DNA of 63,954 bases, filler included, from Octopus bimaculoides (lineage: Eukaryota), in NCBI RefSeq assembly GCF_001194135.2. It is 5 parts of 4 records of this genome, joined end to end, with 100 filler letters (N's around TTAATTAATTAA, not from the genome) between each part and the next. Parts side by side here need not be neighbours in the genome. Positions count along the whole stretch, not along the records: positions 1 to 31,497 come from NC_068986.1; positions 31,598 to 54,212 come from NC_068986.1; 3 more parts are not named here. One strand, written 5' to 3'. A model generated the notes under the pieces. The model had not been told where the DNA came from. It saw only the letters and a program-made list of their open reading frames with translations, and searched no databases. The position numbers and the translations under genes are program-made. This document shows positions 23,544-37,944 of the stretch, piece after piece. Each line of letters begins with the position of its first letter. Position 1 is the first letter of the stretch.

Positions 23544-23749
23544 TCACACACACGCACGCACGCAGGCATACGCACGCCCGCACACACGCATACGCATTTA
23601 TACACAAACGTACGCACAAACATATACAGAGAAAGAGAGAGGGCGAAGGGAGGGAAGGAGAGCGTGAGGGGGGGAAGAGGAAATAAAAGAGAGAGCGTGA
23701 TAAATATTTAAATTGGGATAGTAGTTTCTGATGTTTCGGATGACGGTCC

Positions 23750-24975
<1,226 letters not shown>

Positions 24976-25190
24976 ACAAAATGAATAAAAACAAGCAATA
25001 ATAACGAGAGGTGATGGAATAAAAGAATGAATGATTTAAATGAAGAAACGACAAAATACAGATGAGAATCAGCAAACCTTTGACATCAAACCAACAAGAT
25101 GGCCACTGCCTGGGGCAATATGTCCCTGTGTGTTTGAAGCGATTGCTCTTCAAATCAAAACTTCGTAATACTACATATATGTAAATATAA

Positions 25191-25337
<147 letters not shown>

Positions 25338-25421
25338 CATACACACACAGACATATATATGTATATATAATATACAAATATGTATATATATATGTGCATG
25401 TGCGTGTGTGTGCATGTGTGC

Positions 25422-25478
<57 letters not shown>

Positions 25479-26989
25479 NNNNNNNNNNNNNNNNNNNNNN
25501 NNNNNNNNNNNNNNNNNNNNNNNNNNNNNNNNNNNNNNNNNNNNNNNNNNNNNNNNNNNNNNNNNNNNNNNNNNNNNNNNNNNNNNNNNNNNNNNNNNNN
25601 NNNNNNNNNNNNNNNNNNNNNNNNNNNNNNNNNNNNNNNNNNNNNNNNNNNNNNNNNNNNNNNNNNNNNNNNNNNNNNNNNNNNNNNNNNNNNNNNNNNN
25701 NNNNNNNNNNNNNNNNNNNNNNNNNNNNNNNNNNNNNNNNNNNNNNNNNNNNNNNNNNNNNNNNNNNNNNNNNNNNNNNNNNNNNNNNNNNNNNNNNNNN
25801 NNNNNNNNNNNNNNNNNNNNNNNNNNNNNNNNNNNNNNNNNNNNNNNNNNNNNNNNNNNNNNNNNNNNNNNNNNNNNNNNNNNNNNNNNNNNNNNNNNNN
25901 NNNNNNNNNNNNNNNNNNNNNNNNNNNNNNNNNNNNNNNNNNNNNNNNNNNNNNNNNNNNNNNNNNNNNNNNNNNNNTATATATATATATATATATATGT
26001 ACGTATGCATATGTATATATGTAGCTATGTGCATGTATCCATGCACATGTACATGTATGTATAAGCACATACACGCATTTGTACAGGTATAAAACACTGT
26101 CCGTGTACATTGCTCAAACATAAGAGCCGCATGATGCAAAAAGAACGGGAGATAAGTATGTGTGGGTGAGTCTGCTTGTATACATGCCTGCGCATTCCTG
26201 TATGTGCTTGTTATTGTGCATGCGAACCTAGTTACATATATATATGAATATATACATGCATATATATACATATATATGCAGATATACATATATATGTATA
26301 TGTGTATATACATACATACATATATANNNNNNNNNNNNNNNNNNNNNNNNNNNNNNNNNNNNNNNNNNNNNNNNNNNNNNNNNNNNNNNNNNNNNNNNNN
26401 NNNNNNNNNNNNNNNNNNNNNNNNNNNNNNNNNNNNNNNNNNNNNNNNNNNNNNNNNNNNNNNNNNNNNNNNNNNNNNNNNNNNNNNNNNNNNNNNNNNN
26501 NNNNNNNNNNNNNNNNNNNNNNNNNNNNNNNNNNNNNNNNNNNNNNNNNNNNNNNNNNNNNNNNNNNNNNNNNNNNNNNNNNNNNNNNNNNNNNNNNNNN
26601 NNNNNNNNNNNNNNNNNNNNNNNNNNNNNNNNNNNNNNNNNNNNNNNNNNNNNNNNNNNNNNNNNNNNNNNNNNNNNNNNNNNNNNNNNNNNNNNNNNNN
26701 NNNNNNNNNNNNNNNNNNNNNNNNNNNNNNNNNNNNNNNNNNNNNNNNNNNNNNNNNNNNNNNNNNNNNNNNNNNNNNNNNNNNNNNNNNNNNNNNNNNN
26801 NNNNNNNNNNNNNNNNNNNNNNNNNNNNNNNNNNNNNNNNNNNNNNNNNNNNNNNNNNNNNNNNNNNNNNNNNNNNNNNNNNNNNNNNNNNNNNNNNNNN
26901 NNNNNNNNNNNNNNNNNNNNNNNNNNNNNNNNNNNNNNNNNNNNNNNNNNNNNNNNNNNNNNNNNNNNNNNNNNNNNNNNNNNNNNNAT

Positions 26990-27196
26990 TACACAAGAAC
27001 ATACAGATAAAGCATACTTAGGCACATGCATACACACAGACATACATGCATACGTAAATACTCTCATACATACATGCATGCATACATACATACATAAATA
27101 CATACAAGCATACATACATACACAGAGGCATACATGCATACGTAAATACGCACATACATACCCGCATAGATAATATGCATAGATATATAAACGCAA

Positions 27197-27228
<32 letters not shown>

Positions 27229-27615
27229 CATACATAATATACATGCATACATACACACATACATATACACAGACATACATGCATACGTGAATACGCACAT
27301 ACATGCATGCATACATGCATGCATACATACATACATACATACACAAACACACACACTTACATGCATACGTAAATACGCACATACATTCATGCATACGTAC
27401 ATTGATACAAACATACATATATATATTACATACATACATATACATGCGTACATCCATACATACATACATAAACACACACGTACATACTTACATACATGCA
27501 TACGTAAATATGCACATACATTCATACATACATGCATGCATACATATATTGATACAAGCATACATCTATATTACATACATGTACACATACATAGGTACAT
27601 ACATACATACATACA
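26990..27615. repeat. Microsatellite-derived degenerate minisatellite
   Basis: CATACATGCATACGT(A/G)AATAC recurs near 27043, 27130, 27276, 27358 and 27491. Confidence 0.75.
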
Positions 27616-27750
27616 CATGAAGAAATGGAGAAATATTGAACAAGAGGAAAATGAAAGGATTAAGTGAAGAAAGGTGAAGAGAGAATCGAGAAGCTGTGAG
27701 ATTTTCGATTGTGAGCAAAGATGCGAGACAGGAGATCCTGGAAATTGGGA

Positions 27751-27833
27751 GTGGGGGGTGGGGGTGGTAGTATATAAAAGATGCTCAAGGGGAGCGGGAA
27801 GAGGAAGAGCGGTAGAGGAAGGTAAAGGTAAGT
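27751..27833 (+). promoter_or_regulatory. Candidate core promoter plus first-exon donor
   Basis: GGGGTGGGGGTGG GT-box, TATATAAAAG at 27771-27780, AAG|GTAAGT donor at 27827/27828. Confidence 0.25.
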
Positions 27834-27989
27834 GGAAGTGTCTGGAGGTTGGAGGCAGAGGTTGGAGGCTGGAGGTGCAGCAAGGGCTTGAAATTCCCTC
27901 GCTAAATATTTGTCCATTGAAATACTGAAGAAGTTGCTTATCAAAGAGATTTGCTGCTTTTGTGATCTTTGACACCCCTTTTGAACACC

Positions 27990-28294
27990 ATCGCTGAGGT
28001 CGCCGTCGTCGTCTTCATCAACAACGACAGCAGCAGCAGCAACTTTATAATCACGATTATGATGAAGATCACAGTGATGATGGTGATGGCGACAATGACG
28101 ATGATGATGATGATGATGATGATGATAATGATGATTACCGTCAGCACTACCACAATCATCACCAACACCACCACCACCACCACCACCACCATCAACACCA
28201 CCACTACAACTGCCATCATCATCATAACCCTCATCACCGCCACCATAATCACCACCGTCGTCGTTGATGTTGTTGTCGTCGTTTTCATCAGCAG

Positions 28295-28329
<35 letters not shown>

Positions 28330-28436
28330 CTATCTTAACCACCGTTAGTACTCCACTAGCATAGGCTACAAAACAACGCCACCATCATTCCATCATGACG
28401 ATGATGCTGATGATGATGATGACGATGATGATGATT

Positions 28437-28479
<43 letters not shown>

Positions 28480-28800
28480 ACACCATCATCATCAATCGTC
28501 GGCAACATAATCCCTATTAATATAACCACTGAAAGAGTCATTAGCATCGGCTCCGTAGAAGCACTGCCACCACCACCATCACCGCTACTGCTGCTGATGT
28601 TATCATCATCGTCTTCATCATCATCATTATCTTCATCGTCATCGTTGCCATCGTCATCATCATCATCATCATCGTCATCATCATGGCCGTCGTCGTCATC
28701 GTTACTGTCGTAATCATCATCATCATCATCATCATCATCATTATCATCATCATCATCATCACATTCATCACCACCACCACCACCACCAATGATATCTAAT
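27990..28800. repeat. (CAT)/(CAC)/(GAT)n compound tract
   Basis: Direct reading. Confidence 0.9.
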
Positions 28801-29240
28801 GCGAAATTCTTATTTAGCATTACATATCATTACCACGGAATATCATTGATCTTTGATCATCGGTGTGCTGAGCTGAGTGGACCTACGGCTAAATCCCTAC
28901 AACAACCAAGTCACTATCTTCCGCCAATGTCTTTGGACTACCCTCTATGACAGTAATAGCATCAACACCAGCGCTGGATTAACCGTTTAACAAAATATAA
29001 GCAAGCATTTAATGTATCAAGGAAAGAGGCACCACAGAAATGGTAATTGGTTTACGGCACAAAAAAGTATCACTTGCTAAAACAACATTCGACGTAGTTT
29101 ATACGATCGGAAATGTAATTACGAAGTGATCATGGCGTAATTGTGAGGATCTGATCAAAGATGTAGGAGAAAACTTTTCAAATATAAATAAATTGCAAGT
29201 ATACAAGCATAAACAGTATGTTTCCATCTTGCTGTTCATT

Positions 29241-29445
29241 GTGGAGGTGCTTGGCTTAGTGGTTAGTGTGTCGGACTCATGATAGTAAGACTCTGCTTTC
29301 GATTCCTGGACCGGGCGACGCGTTATGTTCTGGAGCAAAAACACTTCATTTCACGTTGCCCCAGTCCACTCAGCTGACAAAGGTGAATAATCCTGTGATG
29401 GACCGACGTCCTATCTAAGTGGAGAGCATATACGCCACGGAAATA
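29241..29445 (+). mobile_element. SINE family C head and CORE-like region with a different 3' end
   Basis: TGGCTTAGTGG A-box, TTTCGATTCC B-box, CCAGTCCACTCAGCTG. Confidence 0.8.
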
Positions 29446-29901
29446 ATATATATTTCAGGATGTGGTTACAAGTTGACAACAGCTCAGATCTTAAATCTTT
29501 ACCAGCCACAAATGAAAGCCTAAGTTTCATTGGAAATCTCTGAGTCTGTACAGTCCCACTTCGACACTCATAAAATGGTAACAGATGCACAAGTGGGAAT
29601 ACATCAGTACGGAAATTAAAACCCCATTGACATACAATAAACATTCGCACATATTAATGCACACGCATATATGTGCGCGCGTCTGTGTATGTATATGTGT
29701 GTATGAACGCGTGTGCGTGAGCGTGTGTGCGTGTATATATATACATATATATATATATATATAATAGAATATATATAGAGAGAGAGGGACAGACAGACAG
29801 AGACAGAGACAGAAGACAGACAGATAGGCAGACAGACAGACAGATAGACAGACAGACAAACAGAGAGACAGATGAACAGACAGATAAACAGACAGACAGA
29901 C

Positions 29902-29944
<43 letters not shown>

Positions 29945-29951
29945 TAGATAA

Positions 29952-29985
<34 letters not shown>

Positions 29986-30170
29986 GATTAATAGATGCAC
30001 ATATTCATACGTAAAATCTGCTAAACGCACGTACGTTCATACACACAAACACGCATATAACATGTATATTCATATACATACATGCATACATATACACATA
30101 CACGCATACATACATATACATATACATATACATATATGTGTGTCTGCGCGCGCCTGCGTGCGCATGTATG

Positions 30171-30201
<31 letters not shown>

Positions 30202-30553
30202 NNNNNNNNNNNNNNNNNNNNNNNNNNNNNNNNNNNNNNNNNNNNNNNNNNNNNNNNNNNNNNNNNNNNNNNNNNNNNNNNNNNNNNNNNNNNNNNNNNN
30301 NNNNNNNNNNNNNNNNNNNNNNNNNNNNNNNNNNNNNNNNNNNNNNNNNNNNNNNNNNNNNNNNNNNNNNNNNNNNNNNNNNNNNNNNNNNNNNNNNNNN
30401 NNNNNNNNNNNNNNNNNNNNNNNNNNNNNNNNNNNNNNNNNNNNNNNNNNNNNNNNNNNNNNNNNNNNNNNNNNNNNNNNNNNNNNNNNNNNNNNNNNNN
30501 NNNNNNNNNNNNNNNNNNNNNNNNNNNNNNNNNNNNNNNNNNNNNNNNNNNNN

Positions 30554-30607
<54 letters not shown>

Positions 30608-30768
30608 ATGTATAAATATATACATATATATGTGTGTGTATATATATATGTATGTATTTATATGTATACATGTATATATATGTATATATATAAATATGTA
30701 TATGTATATGTATATGTATGTCTATCTATCTATCTGTCTATCTATCTATCTATCTATCTATATATCTA

Positions 30769-30826
<58 letters not shown>

Positions 30827-30947
30827 TGAACGCGTATATATGCATTTGTGTTTAATAGCCTGAATGCGTGCTCAGCTATGTGCATATACAAACATACGCA
30901 CACATGTTTGTGCATGTATGTATGTATATATACATACATACACACTT

Positions 30948-30981
<34 letters not shown>

Positions 30982-31124
30982 TTATACATACATACATACA
31001 TACATGCATACATACATATGTATATATACATATATAAACATATATATATTCATCCACACACATACATAGATCTTATAACTGAGTTTATGACAATATAAAA
31101 AAAATTGGTTTTCTCTGTCTCTCA

Positions 31125-31205
<81 letters not shown>

Positions 31206-31436
31206 CTCTCTATCTCTTTATTTCTTTCACTTTCTGCCTCTTTGCCATCCTCTCCGTATTGCATATATTAATCTTTTTACTCGTTTCTTCTTTCTTTTTT
31301 TTCCTTCAATACTTTTTCCTGACGCTTCTGTTGTTTTTGCTTTTTAAACTCACACAGCAGACCCATACATAAGCACACGCATGCATTTTACACGTACACC
31401 TATACGTGCATAAATGCACATTAACACAATCACACA

Positions 31437-31497
<61 letters not shown>

Positions 31498-31597
31498 NNN
31501 NNNNNNNNNNNNNNNNNNNNNNNNNNNNNNNNNNNNNNNNNTTAATTAATTAANNNNNNNNNNNNNNNNNNNNNNNNNNNNNNNNNNNNNNNNNNNN
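31498..31597. other. Artificial scaffold linker
   Basis: 44 N + TTAATTAATTAA + 44 N = 100 bp. Confidence 0.97.
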
Positions 31598-31730
31598 GGA
31601 AAATATATGGAATGGTCTCGGTTGGATTCTTGCTCGGTGGTAGGTCTGCTCCGAGCTGGGCTGGCCTGCGTCTAAACAACAACAACTGCAAATGCAACTA
31701 CTACTACTACTACCACTACTACTACTACTA

Positions 31731-31773
<43 letters not shown>

Positions 31774-31979
31774 CGTTACTGTTATTGTTGTTGTTGTTGT
31801 TCCTGTACTTTTGGCGGCGTTTCTATGGTAGTAAAAAGAAAACTAATAGCAATGATAAAAAAAAGAAAGAGAAAACCGGAAACGGAAACAGCAATAAGCA
31901 AGATCGCGAACCTGTTTCAGATAATGTCTTGTGGTTTTCAGTTTATAGCGTTCCTTACAAATTGGCATAATTGTGACTC

Positions 31980-32054
<75 letters not shown>

Positions 32055-32097
32055 ACATATGTATGTAACTGCTAATCTAACTTTCTATACAGACACC

Positions 32098-32162
<65 letters not shown>

Positions 32163-33289
32163 TATATACATACATACACACACACATACATATACAAACA
32201 TGCACTCACACGTTTCGAGAACAACAACAACAGACTCCACGTGTGTCTTCGGGGAAACACTTAGAGTACTTTCGAAAGTTAGTACCAACTATTCATACAA
32301 TTCCTGTATTCTTGGACGGGTATCTTTCGGGTATGTGAGAATTCACAGAAACTTGACGTAGTAGAAATTAAACACACTTATGCCGAGAACTCCATTGGAA
32401 AATTAAAACACTCCAGCTGAAACGAGAGCTATTTCTTCTATTTAACAAACCATCACAAATATATACTATATTTATTTGTTTATTTTATTATTATTGTTAT
32501 AATCACTATTGTTGTGGTTGTTGTTTTTGTTATTGTTTCAGCAGTTATTTTCTTTTTTCAGTGAGCAATGGAGTACATCTCTGCTTACCTTCATTCTTCT
32601 ATAGATATGAAATGAATACCACGGACATCGAAGGTATTGGGAGGCAATACTAATCACGTGAATAAGCAAACAGCAGTACTTAGGATTCGTTTCGGTATTT
32701 TCAGCCGTAGTCCCTTGCTAAAAGAGCCACCAGTACACCAGTATTAATCCATTGAATGAACAACATAATTTAACTTATATCTTATTCAATCGACCGCTCA
32801 GAATGGAAGACAAACTTTCAACATCTTCAGGACGTGATCCTTCATTTGCTCAATTATAATACAAGATTTTTCGACAGATCTTGAACTCCACAAACCTGAC
32901 GTAGAGTACACCGTGGTTTAAGCATAGTTTTACGATGTCTTTCAATTTTTTTGTTTATCGTTATTGTATGTTTTATGGTAATTGAATTCAGAATGTAGAA
33001 AAAACTATCTCCAAGATATTATGCAATATTCTTTAGACATTCAACCAACCTAACACCTTAATATATGTTCACTGCTTCCTCATGTTATTGTGGTTTCTAT
33101 TGTATGGAGAGTACTCTACATAGAAATGATGTTTTCTGTATCTTTTACTTATTCCACCATCAGACTGCAGCCATGCACCGCCTGGAAGGGCTTTTTTTTT
33201 CGAACGGAATTGATCTCAGTACTTTTTCTTAAAGCCTGGGTCTTATTCTATCGGTCTATTTTGCTAAGTAGCGGGAACGTAAACCGATA

Positions 33290-33388
33290 TGATAAGATTG
33301 AGTAACGCTGTTATAGATTATGCCTAACCCAAAAAGATCACGGCTACATCATCCACACAGACCGGGTGAAACCGGGCTTAGCTGCTAG
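33290..33388 (+). mobile_element. Helitron-type 3' end
   Basis: CCGGGTGAAACCGGG hairpin then CTAG|T at 33385-33389. Confidence 0.55.
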
Positions 33389-33654
33389 TGTATATATATA
33401 TATGTATATATATATATATAAATTCAAAAAGGATAAAAATCTTTTACAAGAATTTTATCAGGAAGCCAGTGTGTAAAAAAATTCATAAGAGAAATTTCTA
33501 TTCCCAAGAATATAATTATTCGTTTATATTTATATAAGAGGCATTACTACAGAATAATGCCACACACTGGACTTCCCAAAATAAACACATTTAGTACCGA
33601 ATGCGAGGAAAAACAACCAACAGAAGACGACCAACTTTCTTTTAAAATAACTCA

Positions 33655-33716
33655 ACTATGTATCGACCGATTTCGCGATTACTAGAATGAATCTAGATTT
33701 CGTTCATCAGCATAGT
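33655..33716 (-). ncRNA. Hammerhead-like motif, left arm
   Basis: Mirror copy of 34071-34132. Confidence 0.45.
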
Positions 33717-34070
33717 ATTGTTCAAAAAATTATATATAAATAAACAGAATTCTCACCTCACCAAAAACGAACACTCTACGTATTCGACAAAGCAAAGGGA
33801 ATGAAGTTTATCTGTATACATCTTCATCAAAGAAGCGGGAATACTTCTGGGTTGTTTTCGGTACACGTGAATTTTTTTACAGATAAACTTCATTCCCTTT
33901 GCTTTGTCGGATACGTAGAGTGTTCGTTTTTGGTGAGGTGAGAATTCTGTTTATTTATATATATATATTTGAACAATACTATGCTGATGAACGAAATCTA
34001 GATTNNNNNNNNNNGTTCGTTTTTGGTGAGGTGAGAATTCTGTTTATTTATATATATATATTTGAACAAT

Positions 34071-34132
34071 ACTATGCTGATGAACGAAATCTAGATTCAT
34101 TCTAGTAATCGCGAAATCGGTCGATACATAGT
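34071..34132 (+). ncRNA. Hammerhead-like motif, right arm
   Basis: ACTATG-CTGATGA-[stem II ACGAAATCTAGA..TCTAGTAATCGC]-GAAA-TCG-GTC-GATA-CATAGT; 4-nt bulge in stem I and an A.C closing pair. Confidence 0.45.
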
Positions 34133-34271
34133 TGAGCTATTTTAAAAGAAAGTTGGTTTCTTCTGTTGGTTGTTTTCCTCGCATTCGGTACTAAATGTGT
34201 TTATTTTGGGAAGTCCAGTGTGTGGCACTATTCTGTAGTAATGCCTCTTATATAAATATAAACGAATAATG

Positions 34272-34312
<41 letters not shown>

Positions 34313-34550
34313 TTATATATGTATGCATATATGTATGTATGTATGTATGTGCGAAACTGAAAAATACCATTAGTCGATAACTAATGTAGAATTATGGACT
34401 TTCTGTTTGTCTCACGTTTGTTTTTACATTCACTATACGTTACGTCGTTTGTTTATATATTGTTCATTTATATATATATATATATACATATACATACATA
34501 CATACATATATATATATACATACATACATATATATATATATACATATGTA

Positions 34551-34618
<68 letters not shown>

Positions 34619-34624
34619 AATATA

Positions 34625-34792
34625 TATACGACGGGCTTCTTTCAGTTTCCGTCTACCAAAATCCACACTCGGGCTTTCGTCGGCCTAAGGCTACAGTAGG
34701 AGATACATATCCAAAGTGCCACGCAGTGGGATTGAACCTGAAACCATGTAGCTGGGGCGCAAACTTCTTGCCACACAGCCACGCCTGCACCT
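34625..34792 (-). mobile_element. SINE family B, head half
   Basis: Matches 18140-18312. Confidence 0.85.
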
Positions 34793-34944
34793 ATGTATAT
34801 TATTAACATAAGGGAGAGTCATATGATCCTGGCTTTGTTGACATTTTAAGATTCTTTCCGAAAACCCCAAACAATTGAAGGATGATTGCCTCTATTTCTA
34901 GTCTTCACGGGGTGATTATCTCGATTGATGTATTGGTCCCAAAT

Positions 34945-35685
34945 TTTGGCACAAGGTTAGCAATTTTATAGGAGAGGTAAGTCGATTATATTGACTCTAG
35001 TGCTCTACTGGTACTTATTCAACCGACCTCAGAAAGATGAAAGGCAAAATTTAAACTCAGCGAACTTTGAACTCAGAACAGACGAAAAGCCGTTGAGCAT
35101 TTTGTCCGGCGTGCTAACGATTCTCCCAACTCGCTACCTTACCGAAATCTATATATTCTTTTCTAGTCTAGGCACAAGGCCTGAAATTTTGGGGGAAGGA
35201 GCCAGTCAATTAGATCGACCCAGTACGAAATTGTTACTTAATTTATCGACCCCGAAAGAATGAAAGACAAAGTCGACCTGGGCGGAATNNNNNNNNNNCC
35301 AGTTGATTAAATCGACCCCAGTACGCAACTAGTACTTTATTTATCGACCCCGAAAGGCTAAAAGGCAAAGTCGACCTCGGTGGAATTTGAACTCAGAATG
35401 TAAAGATAGACGAAATACCACTAAGCATTTCGCCAGACGTGCTAACGTTTCTTATTTCTTTATTGCCCACGAGGGGCTAAACATAGAGGGGACAAACAAG
35501 GACAGACAAATGGATTAAGTCGATTACATCGATCTCCAGTGCTTAACTGGTACTTAATTTATCAACCCAGAAAGGATGAAAGGCAAAGTCGACCTCGGCT
35601 GAATTTGAACTCAACGTAACGGCAGACGAAATACCGCTAAGCATTTCACCCGGCGCTCTAACGTTTCTGCCAGCTCTCCGCCTTA
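34945..35685 (-). mobile_element. Head-to-tail cluster of about four SINE A units
   Basis: Repeated ATCGACCCCGAAAG..AAAGTCGACCT blocks near 35020, 35240, 35345 and 35565. Confidence 0.9.
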
Positions 35686-35881
35686 CCTGAATTTCTATAT
35701 TAATAATATTTAATTACTTTTAGAAAAACGATAATGTCTGTTGGGCCTTTACTGTTTCCGGTGGTTCTAAACAGCAATATCCCTTAACTTTAACTTCTCT
35801 TTATTTGTCTGAGTATCTCTCAAACCTTTTTACTTCAAATTCATTCCAGTTTTTTTTTTCTATAAAACGTCATAATTATTA

Positions 35882-36126
35882 GAGAAAAGATTGTTTGCCA
35901 ACATAACATGGCAGTCCTGGTTTAGGACGAATATTGCTGTAATTTAGCCCCAGGAGACATCGTCTCCAGCTGGCTATACGACACGATCTGTGTCCTTATA
36001 TGTTCAAAAATATGGCACAGATCATGTCATATAGCCAGCTGGAGATGATATCTCCTGGGGCTAAATTACAGCAACATTAGTCCTAAACCAGGACTGCCAT
36101 GTTATGTTGGCAAACAATCTTTACTC
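35882..36126. repeat. Palindrome with about 110-bp arms (foldback/MITE-like)
   Basis: AAAGATTGTTTGCC...GATCTGTG mirrored by CACAGATC...GGCAAACAATCTTT. Confidence 0.9.
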
Positions 36127-36941
36127 CAAAGTACTGTTGCTGAATATCTCTCGTTGTGAGAGTTAAAAATAATCATAATCATTGTTCTTACTTCCTGACT
36201 AAACGAAATACGAGCCAACGGAAAGCTTCTAGGTGGTCTCATGGCCTGCTAGAAACAGCAGCAAGATGTCCGTAAAATCCGTACCTTCAAAAGAATACAA
36301 GTATACATTGGATCATGATGTCCTAGATAGACTACGTCTTGAAAGAATGTGATATCATACCGTGACGGCTGGATGATTCTGGTCGCAGGTATTATCGATC
36401 TTGACGGAAGATCGATTATTGAAGGGGATTCTACGCTGAAAAAATAGCAGCTAAATTTTTAAAATCATAATTTACTCTTTTAAAGAAGGATAACAGATGG
36501 GATGGTCATGGTTGAAACATCTTTTATTATAGGTCGGCTCGATTGTGACTGCCTTGGCGGCCAAACTGCGTCCACGAATTGGGGCCGCGTTCTATCTTTT
36601 TCAGCGTCTAAGGAGCAAGTATTGACGAGGGTAGAGGGGAAAGGAGGGTGGGGGCGAGTGTTTACTGAACATCTGTTTGTCCTTTTCACCTCTGCTCCGC
36701 CCAGTGGACATTTTAATGGGCAGCCGCTGACCTCTGACTGGCAAGAGTGAGAGAGAGAGAGAGAGAGAGAAGGGGGAAGGGGGCGACAGAACGAAGAAGA
36801 AGAAGAAGAGTGATGGGGGTGATGGTCATGGCAATGGTGACGATGATATTTATGATGATGAGAGTGATGGAGACCGGGCAATAATTACAATGGTAATGAT
36901 AACGACGATGATGATGATGATGCTGGTTGCGGTGGCTGTTG

Positions 36942-36990
<49 letters not shown>

Positions 36991-37279
36991 GGTGGTGAAG
37001 ATTAAGCATAAACAGAGAAAGTGGGAAAAACGGTGAAAGTTCGTACATGTGTTGTTGATTGGCCTCAGCTCTTATTTGGTCCATTGGAAGTCTGATCAAA
37101 ATGGCTTCCATTTATGACCATCCCGTTTTTTTTCTTCTACATCAGCTATAGAGTAGCTCGGGAGATTTAACTGCTACTCTCTGCACATTGGACGACTGTA
37201 TCCAAGCTCCCTTCCACATTAATTCATGTAATATGTTTGTCTATTTGGTTGTTGGCTCATTATATTATTGCATTCTATT

Positions 37280-37944
37280 ATAACGTGGTCTTTATTGAGG
37301 TCTTCACGGGTACATTCCACTAATATTCCTTTTCATTATGAATGGCTATGCCTTCTACCATACTGTGAGTTCTTATTTCTTTGTCCTCGGGATTATCCTT
37401 CCGACGGATTTCATTTTTGAGTGTCCTAGCTACAACGTCATGTCTCATCGGTAGATAATACCGTGATGACATTTTCGGACAACTGCTTATGATGTGTTTG
37501 ATATCTTCAGTGTTAACTCCACAAAGTCTGCATCGGTTCTCACATTTTACGGCTTTCCCTTTTGTACATCAGGTGCTTGGTTGATACTTCTTGTTCCTGG
37601 ATTGCAAACGCATACCCTTCAAAGTGGAAGGTAGTAATCCGGCCATTCGTCCGTGATAAACTGCTTTGATTATCAATGTTACTATCATCACGGAGCTTTC
37701 AAATAACATATCCATGCATAGTCTTCTGCTCATATAGGCTCATCCTTTCATCTGATGATACGTTGCAGTAGAGTCGTGCGACTTCTTTGGGCATGCATTC
37801 TAGGTTACCAGACAAAGAGTGTTGCTCAAGGACCTGCCTTCCAAGTTTTATGATGTTATCAGCCTCATGTATGCAAACTTGGTCACGGGATGCACTCCGA
37901 CGCTTGGTGCTTAAAAGATGTTGCCGAACGGATATGATACGACG
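37280..37944 (-). pseudogene. R4/Dong-clade non-LTR retrotransposon ORF remnant (post-RT region, CCHC knuckle, RHD motif)
   Basis: Manual translation KTMHGYVI*...HFEGYAFAIQEQEVSTKHLMYK / CRLCGVNTEDIKHIISSCPKMSSRYYLPMRHDVVA; one stop and one frameshift. Confidence 0.85.

Larger units (their letters stand above)
33515..34270. mobile_element. Long foldback (about 300-bp arms, 61-bp spacer), probably inverted Penelope-like pLTRs
   Basis: 33515-33816 is the reverse complement of 33878-34270 once the gap-duplicated 83 bp is removed; each arm holds a hammerhead-like motif. Confidence 0.65.

Noticed and set aside
27571-27975. 134-aa minus-strand ORF
   Set aside because: Low-complexity antisense of a purine-rich stretch that runs into microsatellite; no domain
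31542-31553. TTAATTAATTAA as a conserved biological motif
   Set aside because: All four occurrences are centred in exactly 44+44 N, so it is a synthetic linker
33922-34097. 83-bp direct duplication around a 10-N gap
   Set aside because: Identical sequence on both sides of a minimal gap is an unmerged contig overlap
34945-35685. CRISPR-like repeat-spacer array
   Set aside because: Units are 150-240 bp SINE copies with no unique spacers and no cas genes
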